From: Haliotis rufescens
Lineage: Eukaryota
Length of the DNA: 64,000 nucleotides
Reading direction: 5' to 3'
Assembly: GCF_023055435.1 (NCBI RefSeq)
Contig: NW_025963979.1
Coordinates: 4,650,001 to 4,714,000 of the forward strand
The notes beneath the pieces were generated by a model, which worked only from the letters and a program-made list of their open reading frames with translations, did not search any database and had not been told where the DNA came from. Numbering within the stretch: position 1 is the stretch's first letter; each line of letters opens with the position of its first letter. Of the stretch, positions 51,701 to 61,604 are shown piece by piece. The position numbers and the translations under genes were made by a program.

Positions 51701-54700
51701 ATGGGAGGGCATATAGCATGTCAGAAAGGATTAGTACGTAATTATACAAGCTAATGTAAAATTTACAAATTTTTAAACCTGCCCTATCTCATACTATGCA
51801 TTTATCGCTCAGTTGGGCGGTGAGGCATAGATACCCTAGCCTGTATACACTACAACCTTGAGATGCACACAACGAAACTGGTGCTAAAAAACGATATACA
51901 TGAAAAATTGAAAACACTGCCTAGTGTCGTAAAGATATGAACTTGTGAGTATGTAAACACACCATAAGAGCCGGATGTAACATCATGAAATCAGGTATGA
52001 CGTGTTACATGTTTTCATCCTTACAAAACGACTGCATAGCTTTGAATAGAAATCAGTTCTACGAGACAGACCACACCATTATCTCCGACAGGCAAAAGTG
52101 AGTGAGTGAGTATGGTTTTACGCCGCTTTCAGCAATATTCCAGCAATATGACGGCGGAGGGACACCAGAAATGGGCTTCACACATTGTACCCATGTCGGG
52201 AATCGAACCTGGGTCTTCGGCGTGACGAGCAAACGCTTTAACCACTAGGCTACCCGACCGCCCCCCCCCCGACAGGCAATAGGGTCAGCCAGCTTGGCAT
52301 CTCTTCTACTCTTTTGCAAAGCTAACAATCAAGCCATGGGATTAAAGCATGCTAAGAGGAGAAGAGAAACGATTGACAACATGCACAAGAGGATCATCAA
52401 ACCAATACTGAGAAATGATGTGCCGAAACCAGAAGTGAGCAGGTAAGGGCATGGGACACCGCCAAAATGGCCGCACCTTATGGCGCCTTTGATTTTGAGG
52501 ACTATAGTCTTCTCTACAGATGAGGTAGCTCAACCTCCACTGGGTATTCAGCCCGGGAACTCGAATAATAATAAGCAAAGGAGCAACAATTCCGATATAT
52601 ATTTTGTATATACAGGATACGGAGTACTGGGCTGCAGGAGCAGGTACAAGTATCGTCTGTCTGAGCTGGTGTGCAGATGTCAATTGTTGCGCCTGGACCA
52701 AGGGACCTAACCAGTGCTGGCTCTGTACTCAGTTGAATGAGATGTCATGTAGATAGTGGGAAGCGAAGACAGTACTGGACTTCAAAACAATCCTTCATGA
52801 TGGCGGACAGGGTGCAATTGCTGTGGAAGGCCATGGTAGAGGTGATGGCTCTAGTCTCATGTGGATTGGATGTCACAAGAGGAAGCAATGGTAAGGGAGA
52901 CTTCAATAGTGGCCACCGTGGAAAGTGTGATGAAGAGTCTCTTGCAGGCGTGCCGAAGTGGTCACGCAGCCTCTCAATAGATAGGGAGCACTCCAACCGG
53001 ACATAAGGAGAGGTCTTCATGGTCTCCTGGGCTCAGGATAGCCGCCAACGACAGATGGTAATCAAACGGGAGTTGATTCTTTGTGATGAGAAGACCTTCC
53101 CATTCTGTATTCTCAAGATTGAGCATTTCACTCACTCTAGCAGTGGCCAGGGCCCGGAGAAAGACCGTCTTAAGGGTGTCTCAACAAGTGGTTCATACGC
53201 TGCAGTAGTCAAATGGCGGAGGATGACATTAAGATCCCAAGTGGGTGGCCAGAATAGAGAAGACTGGTCAGCCACCATATAAGACCGAACTAGGGACTGT
53301 AGATCTTAGATCCTTAGTTGAAAGGATAATGACGGAGTTGATTGCAGCGAGATCAGTATTCAAAGTGGAGCCCTTACGCTTCAAAGTAGATCTCAGATGT
53401 TGTAGATACTTGGTGACCTGTTGATGAGAAACAGTCACCGGTTTGGTGATGCCACAAGGTTGACAGTAAGCTTCGAATGCTTTCCATTTATGGTCCTATA
53501 ACACCTTTGTGGAGGAATGATTAGCCTCCGTGATGGTCATCATGGTCATAGCTACTCTTTTAGAATACCCTTTGGCGACAAGTGACTTCTTGTGATGAGC
53601 CATACACAAAGATGGAGGGTTTCGAGCAACGGATGCGGTAAGCTGGAGTGAGGCTGGAGAAGATCGTCCAACAGTGGAAGATGGTTGAACTTAATTTCCC
53701 TGCAATCATTACCAGCATTGTGAAGCAACCTCGAGTTGGCCAGTAGGGAGCGGCCAAAAGCAGTCAAAGTTTGTTGGTGGAGCCGATCTTGTTGATATAC
53801 CAGAAGACTGATAGATTGTCCTACTAGATCATAAGGTGACGGACAAAGGAGCTTGGCCTACTGGGACACCGCCAGAATGATCACCTTGAATTTGAGGTTG
53901 TTGATATGTAATCGTTTTTGGTCGATGGAAGGGGTGCTTAGTCGGGTTGAACAGACACTCGAGCGCAAACATTCAACATCACCTGCCCCCACTGAAGACA
54001 CAGACACAGTGAAATCGGTTGGGAGATTTGTACCTGGAAGATGTCACTCTGAAGGTAGAGCTTCAGGAAGCACTGGATCAGTTAAGTTAAGTAGACCCCT
54101 CTGAGTGAGTGCTCTTGCCCAGTTTGGTGTCGAATAGAGCCCTGATGAACTGGAAACACTGAGTGGGAGTCGTCTCGGACTTCGCAACTTTGACGAGCCA
54201 ACCGAGCTGCTGCGTAAACTCCAGATGTCACTGGTGAATGTCTAGAATTGTTTTGGCTTGAATACAATCGATGTACAACTCGAAGATGATCCCTCGAATG
54301 TGCAGGAACCTCATGATTGGCCTGGCAATATGGGTGAAAAGCCACAGGGTGAAGAAATTCCAAATGGGAGCACCTTCCATTGGTAGTGATGGCATTGAAA
54401 AAGGAACCTGGAGGAAATGGCAATGCTCCCAATTGATGGGTACATGTAGATACGCGTCTTGTGTGTCGATAATGACTATGTGGTCTTTCGGTTGATTGAT
54501 TGTTTGAGGGATAGGAGCGTGATGGACAGCATGCGAAAATGCGGTGGATTTTCAAGATACATAGCGTTGAATGTCTTTATGTTGAAGATAATCTAGATCA
54601 TACTGATTGTTTCTTTTCCACTCGGGAGCTGAGTGGCCGGATATTCACTAATGGAGTGTGGACGTTGTAGGGGGAGTCCTTATTACATTAGCAGTTTGTA

Positions 54701-57700
54701 AACTTTCTGCAGGAAGAGCTTGACAAAGGGATTGGCCAGGATGTACCAGTTCTCTGCCAAAAAAACCTTAGTCTTCTGCCTACAAAAGTCTCTACAATGG
54801 GCATGACGGGAGGCAGAAGTTCCCAGTCATCCAGTAGCTGATGCGAGTCACTAAGAGGAAGAGTCGCCTGGTTTGGCTAACTCTCCAACGTGCTTGGAAG
54901 CAGTGAAAGAACATATGTTGGAGGATTTGTAACCATGTTGTCCTTGACAACCATGACCTCTGCCAAGAAAAGAACTTGTTTTAGATCCAATAATCTAATG
55001 AAGGTCAAGCTGTGAAGGGAAGAATTGCGGTCGACAGGGCTCATTCTTTTCTTGGTTCTCCAGGTGCTGTTTCTGAAGCATAAGCATGTCCACGGACACA
55101 TGGAGATGTGTGTCCGGAGTAAGATCCTGGGCAACTTCCTGAATCCTGTTGGTGAACAGGTACCGGGTAGAACATGGCAGCTGAAGCCAAACCATGATTG
55201 CAAGTATCAACTAAGTGGAACCAAGGAGAATGAAGTCGATCTTTCGTACACCTTCATAAAAGTCATCATTTTGGCTGTTTTTCAGAAAGACAACACTGTT
55301 TTGAGTTCTGAAGTAATATCGCTAACTGGTACATGCAGTGCAGCACCTGCAAAGATTGATGGATAAATGACTGTGTGTTAACAAAAACAACCACAGATCT
55401 TGTATCACCAACTTACCAAACTAACGGACATTTTAACACTATGTGAATAGAAAGAATGTCTCTCATTGGTCAGCATAGTCTCAAGGTAGAATGCTTAATG
55501 ACACCAGTGATGCATTAGCAACTTGCTCTCTGTAATACTTTATGCATGTAAATAATCCACAGGCCTCAAAGTTTAAATTTTTACCAAGTAGCCATTATGG
55601 CTATAAGTATTTTTTTTCTAGGTAGCCGCCGGGAAAATCAAGATACTACTTGAATTTTGTTACTTGTGACTTGAACAATGATGCAATTTATGTTACTAGA
55701 TTATATAGGTATATACTTGCTTATCCAAGTCAACTAAAATAAAGAACTAATTACATTAATTTTAATGTATTTTGGTTCATTGTCAACTTTAGAAGGAATT
55801 ATTTGCAAGTACAATTATTAGCAGACATGTTTTCCAATATCAGCTGTTATTTATTTTTGTGTCTACAGATATGTAGCAATAGAATTTAGTCGCCACAAGA
55901 TATTTTTCTAGGTAGTCATTTGGCTACCTCTGAATTTTAGACAGTAGACAAATTGAAATTTAGGTCACATTGGCTACCGCTTTAGTTGCAACTTTGAGGC
56001 CTGATCCATGAAAACAATTCAAAAATTGTAATCTGGGAGAGGACAAAGCATAACAGCTCAACTTCAGGCCACAAATCGTAATGATTGGCATCTGTTGCAA
56101 TAATATAAGGGATTTACCTAGGATTCAAAAGCTAAGTCTCCATGGAAGGCATATTGGAAAATATATATTTATTTTGTTCAAAACTGCGATTTTCTCAAAG
56201 TTCTCATATTGTCAGCATGGTCAAGCTAACACATTCACATTGATTAGTTATTACAACTATATTAAGATGAATTGGGAAATATGTAATTCTCATTTGGGAA
56301 GTTTTTTAAAAGGCCTGACATCAAGTTAAAACCACGCAGTTTCAGCCATTTTGGCAAACTTAATGTCATTTTAGTCTTCACTGCTTAACCTCCCATTTTT
56401 CATCCAGTTCCTCAGGCATGGAAATAGAAAATTACCGTAAAGTGTTTCTGATCCTGGGGAAAAGTGAACTCCTTCTTCACATCACTGATGTAATCATCTG
56501 CAGCATCTGTAAGAACAATCACATAGATCATGTAGATATCTCTGCCAGATTAGCATAGACTACATGAATAGATGGCATCCTTTCTGGAACACATTGGAAT
56601 CTAAAGTAAAATGAATTATTTCAAAGGTTCAGTCATTCATGACAATAGACAAAATCTAAGACATCATCTCAGAGGTACTTAGGCATGTTAGGGAAAAATC
56701 AACTGCTCATTTGAAAGCAAAACATGATAGAAAATTTGATTTTTCAGAATGACAAGTCGTATTTGGGTGACTTAAATCAAATTTTCCAGGACTGTGTAAG
56801 CCTAGCGCCCCTTGAAATCACCTCAATTTCATGAACGGTATGAACAAGTGGAAACAAAGCAATGAAAATGTGAACGAAAGTCCTGTCCAACACTGGCAAA
56901 TTTTGATAAATATGATGGTCATGAAACTGCCATTAAATATAAATCAAGATATAAAGTAACTTTCTACATTAGTTTGAGGACACCATAGGATGTCGCATCA
57001 AATGACCTTTCCAATCAGCATCAAGACTTATATACATATATATTCTAGCAGGCAATTACCAAGGATACTAAACTAATTGTCCTAGGCAAGAATATTAGGA
57101 AAATGTTGTTATTTTGTTCAAAATTGGGATTTTTTAATAAGTTTCTATTTCAGAGGCTTTTAACGTTATAACATAACATTGCCATTGCATTCAATGCAAT
57201 AATGTAAAAAAATATAATGTAAGCTCTTCCTCTTTATTAGTCCTGCTATTATAGTTAAATACAGGTCACCATGACAAAACTGTTACATTAGTGATAAGTA
57301 GTAAAGTACATTAACATGGAATGACATTTTTACTGAATTTGAAGGTACAACAAAATAAGGCTGTGACATTATGTGGTTGTAGTGATTTAGAGCGCCACGT
57401 TATCTACACCAAAAAGGAAGCACTGTCACAGGACTTTTTGTGTTCTGTGAGTGTTTTCATGTACACAAATCTAAATTTACGAATCAAGGGGGCAAAATGT
57501 TTCAGAAAGCTGACATCTGATAGGCTCAAGAACCCAAATGTGACAGATACAACACTGTAGTTTGTACATATGTATTTCATTCACCTTCAGTGTTGCTGCT
57601 TTTAAGTGTTCAACATTAATGTTTAATTATATGTGAAGATAGATTAAATGTAGTTAATGTGTCCCTCATGTGGTAAGCCTTAACAAGCCCAAGCCAGGAC

Positions 57701-59416
57701 ATCCTCAACTGATTGGCCAAGCTAACCCTCAAAGTTGACCCTTTGTCTCACTGTATGTTCTCAGTCTGCACACATTTCTTACACCATTGTACACAGACAA
57801 GTTGACAAGGAAAATCATCTAAATCAGGTTAGTTTAATGTCTGTGTATATTTGTATTGTATGTTATTGCATTTAAATGTTGAAGTATATTACACCTATAA
57901 AACTAAACTTAACCAAATGTGTTTAATATTATCATATTCTCAGTGACAATCTATTTAAGTAAATGTAGTAAACAAGACATATAAATTGTAAGATTTGGTG
58001 ATTACTAACATATCACTTTTCTGTCTCTTTATTCTTGTATGTATGAGGAAGAGTGTATGTGTTGTTTTGTGGAATTGTCTACGTTTTAAATGCTTTTGTG
58101 ATTAGTTCTGTATAATATACAGTCTGTTCTATACCGGATCCGGAGTAATATTTTAAAATTGTATGTAAATAGCATAGTTTATTAATCATTGTTATAAAAG
58201 AATATATTCTGTTTAGATATCTGGAATAATAAGTCATGAAGACACCCTAGTCTCACCCACAGGGTAGGCACATGATTACTTGTAAGTTGTATAGTCAGTT
58301 TCTATATTTGTGTAACACATAAGTGTGTCACACCTGTAAATTCATGTATATGTATGTATTTTGAAAGAGATTTATAATCTCTTTACACTTAGATAATATA
58401 ATACATGGAAAATTATTCTATTTGGTTCTTACATCAGTTAGCAGATTATTGTACAGTATATATAATATAGTATATAACTAATATATGAATAACATCTGTT
58501 TGTAATGTAAAACGGTTTGTACTACTGTGATGTTGATGACTGCATTATGTGTATTGTTAATATTACTTATCATTCCTTTAATATGTTTCAGGGTGTAGAT
58601 AAATATATGACATCCATTGGCGGAATAAAATATCTCTCACCTGAGCATGTGTTTGCCTATTACTTATTCACCGCCCTGTTACAAAACATCCTTCACTTAC
58701 TTTGGGCAATCAAAGTTAGGTAAGGGTTCACCTTCAACACAACCTCCAGTGACGATGTCCTCAGATCTTCACAGAGGTACCTCATCAGAGTAAAAATATT
58801 TTGATTGAGTTTGGTCCAAAAACAAGCGATTTTTATTTTTTTCTACAAGGTGATGCTTAACTGTTATCTTGAAAAATGTCTGGGGTCATTTTTCGAAATA
58901 ACATATTTCCAAAAGCATGGCTGCATTCTGTAGCCCCAAAATGAAGACTGGAGACTTCTTCCATCAAAAATTGTTCCTTATCTGATATATTCAGTGTATT
59001 CTTTCAGAGACAAAGTGGTGTAGGACAAAGATGCACATGCATTATCCGACCAAGGAAATCATTATAGCATTTCAAAGAAAGTTTATTTGATTATTTAATT
59101 TAAGATATTATGAAAATGCACCCATTCTTTGACAACAAGCAAAATTGCAAGTTTAGCCCATTATACAGGTACAAAAATACTCACCCTGTGATGGTGTCTT
59201 TAGTTTCATACTTCGTAAGTTTTCTAACGTCCCCAACATTTCTCCAAATCTTTCATATGACGTCCCTGTCGCTGATTTTGTTTTTTTAGATCGCGTCGGT
59301 TGATCCCCTAAAAAATGTCTTCTGGCGCAAATCCATGTAAAGGAGTTTCCCGCAATCGTAAAAACCGCCAGGGAGTCAATGAATATACGCTGATTGGTCA
59401 ATCTTCTCCACGCCAT
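45734..59416 (-). CDS. TK2: Deoxynucleoside kinase, TK2/dNK-like, 10 exons, ~309 aa, probable mitochondrial presequence
   Basis: Exons 59416-59185, 56506-56436, 50910-50836, 49266-49213, 49007-48918, 48316-48243, 48014-47926, 46841-46762, 46149-46069, 45817-45734 (930 nt, GT-AG). Motifs: P-loop VEGNIGCGKTT, EPVEQW, ERSLYSTRYCF, YLRADPEVCYERIKKRLRKEE, LHEDWL, LDA. The family is secure; the TK2 symbol is a best guess. Confidence 0.88.
46327..46688 (-). mobile_element. tRNA-derived SINE, family A
   Basis: Reverse complement of the 35086 copy, TSD TAACTTGTAATCAG. Confidence 0.85.
48555..48795 (-). mobile_element. SINE-like repeat, family C
   Basis: Reverse complement of the 7690 copy. Confidence 0.75.
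49405..50710. repeat. 40-bp minisatellite, kinase intron 3
   Basis: About 32 copies of GATCCTAATATGATAATACCATGCCTCAAGTATGTGCAGT. Confidence 0.97.
51455..55400 (-). mobile_element. Decayed DIRS-type tyrosine-recombinase retrotransposon in kinase intron 2
   Basis: Minus-strand relic peptides. RT-like: YLHVPINWEH (~54430). YR N-terminal-like: KWKAFEAYC (~53480) and PTWDLNVILRHLTTAAYEPL (~53190-53250). YR catalytic-like: CP (~53000) and PHETRAITSTMAF (~52850). Three alternating-orientation terminal repeats at 51461-51805. Many stops and frameshifts; the 5' boundary is uncertain. Confidence 0.75.
52097..52268 (-). mobile_element. SINE, family B, inserted in the DIRS relic
   Basis: Same head and tail as the other family B copies, TSD CCGACAGGCAA. 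Confidence 0.85.
55560..56003. mobile_element. MITE with CAG termini and an apparent 5-bp TSD
   Basis: TIRs CAGGCCTCAAAGTT / AACTTTGAGGCCTG, ATCCA on both sides, subterminal GTAGCC/GGCTAC repeats. Confidence 0.75.
57556..58683 (+). mobile_element. Possible solo LTR
   Basis: TGTAG...GTTACA ends with AATAAA ~55 bp before the 3' end. The TSD is not clean. Confidence 0.3.
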
Positions 59417-60104
59417 CTGCTGGAAACTTTAGGAACTAATATTGTAAACAACCTCCTGTCGGCTGACTGCTCAGAGGGACAGCTTAGGCTTCGTTTCACC
59501 ACGATTTCATGGACGCAAAAGGATTTGTATTCAACTACAAACACAGATCTACTAATACTAAAAACAAACAAAACGGAATTGCTTCACATAAGATCATAAG
59601 TTACTCCTCATCGCAGATTTCTCAGCACAACACGTCAACACTAATCAGTCATTGAGTCAGTAATGGACCACTACCACAGGTCACGTCTGTCTCCATGACG
59701 GATAACCTTCGACTTCGCAATGCTGTGTCCTTATAAACATGTCACATACACAGATTCAAGCAGTGCTTTGGTTCGCATGTGATTGCACGCTCTATCGCAA
59801 CACTTTACAGTTTGCGCACATGTTCAAAACTCGCTACAACACTGCGGGTGCAGTAAATAATCGCGTTCATTTCGCATTGACGCTGCCCGGAGATTTGGTG
59901 ACTCGGGATTCTCCGTCATTTCCCGGAAGCACTGCTCGCCGGGTCGAAGTTTCCAAAAAGGCTGCGAAACAAATGCCATTTTATCTTAAAACTTGTTAAG
60001 TTGTTATTATCCATTTCTATACAAATACCCACCCCACTCCTCTACATATTCTTTTTATTCTTTTTCTGTAGGTATGTCACTTTTCCTTTTCGTCATCACA
60101 TTAG

Positions 60105-60350
60105 TCACCGTTAAAGATCCGGGTTTAAATCGGACTTCAGCAACCCATGCTTGTCGTAAGAGGCGACTATGCTTGTTATAGAAGCGACTTGGTTGGTGCA
60201 TGTCATCGTATCCCAATTGCGTGGATCGATGCACATGATGTTAATCATTGGATTGTGTGGTCCAGACTCGATTATTTACAGACCGCCGTCATATAGCTGG
60301 AATAATGAGCTAGGAGTGTTGCGTTAAACAACACACAAATAAACAAACAA
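60105..60350 (+). mobile_element. SINE-like repeat, family C
   Basis: High similarity to the 7690 copy, with a CAAA tail. Confidence 0.75.
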
Positions 60351-60846
60351 TACATAGGGCGATCAAATTAGATCAAATTAACAAAACAAGCCCATATTTC
60401 TATAGCTTGTGTTCAGTTAAAAATGAACAAGGAGAGTGAAAAACATGATGACCTTTCAGTGGGCTTTCACAGCGTGAGCCAGGTGTAAACGCACCTGCTC
60501 ATAAATCTTAACGAGATTGAAATGGAGCCATCCTCTTGTATTCTCCATTCGATGATGAGGGTTTTTCACAGGGGGTAAAGCAACACAATGTGATGAACAT
60601 AAATACAAAGCATTATACACCTGCTACCTCTATGATAGCACAGATATCACACAACAAAGTGTCTGTAAGGAGTATATCTATAATGAAGTGGATCATTTGT
60701 TATCCAACAGTATACTATAGTTTGCTCTTACTTTGATAAAGTCACTTTATAGTGTATAAGGTTGGCATCGGCCATTATCCACTAATTACATTAATATGAT
60801 TGTCGAAATATCTGTACACCATCATTGTGCAATAATGTACAGTGTA

Positions 60847-61601
60847 TACTCACACGCAAAAGAAAAGCAAGTGGTTTTAAGCAAATAGGTAACAAACACG
60901 AAACCATAAATTGATAGGAGTTTTAGCATGTAGTGAAGCTTGATGGCGTTATCAATATTTTTATTGCATTTTGGAAGCCCCGAGTAAAAAGCAACATAAA
61001 AACCAATCGCCAAAACGCACCATTTCAATGAATATGTGGGTATCATGCACCCATTTCTCGCGAAATCGAAAATACACGAACTGTCACGAACTGTAGTGGG
61101 TATAAAACTGCGGCCGAACCAGCACGTCGTCCTGTTCTCCAACCACGGCATCGACAAGCACGACTTCAGTGGGCACAGGGTCATCGCAATTTGCGTCATC
61201 GTGAGTGGAGGCGTGTCATCTTCTCTGATGAAAGTCGCTTTTGTGTCTCCAATGCAGACGGAAGAGTCAGAATTTGAGGTGAGGTCGAGGTGATCGTTTT
61301 GCTGAAAGAAACGTTGTGGAAAGGGATCCATGGGGTGGATCTAGCGTCATGATATGGGCAGGGATTGGACTTAATGTGAGACTTGGACCCATGTGCTTTC
61401 TGAATTTTGGTCATGGTCGGGGACACGGCGTCACTGCTCAGCGGTATATCGACCAAGTGATCAGACCCCACGTTGTTCCATTTGTTTTGCAACAACACAT
61501 TTTCCAGCAGGACAACGCTCGTCCCCATGTTGCCAGAGCTACCATGGCCTTTCTGCAACAACACAACATCCGTGTTCTACCGTGGCCAGCCCTCAGCCCT
61601 G
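60847..61601 (+). mobile_element. Second, internally deleted and 3'-truncated copy of the Tc1 element
   Basis: Same left TIR after TA. Lacks the DNA-binding region, retains QQDNARPH and ends at WPALSP. Confidence 0.9.
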
Positions 61602-61604
61602 GTT

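Noticed and set aside
10238-52268. tRNA genes at ~10240, 10790, 22340, 35086, 36477, 39780, 46610, 52190
   Set aside because: A/B boxes are present, but the acceptor stems are broken and most continue into shared bodies, simple-repeat tails and TSDs. They are SINE heads.
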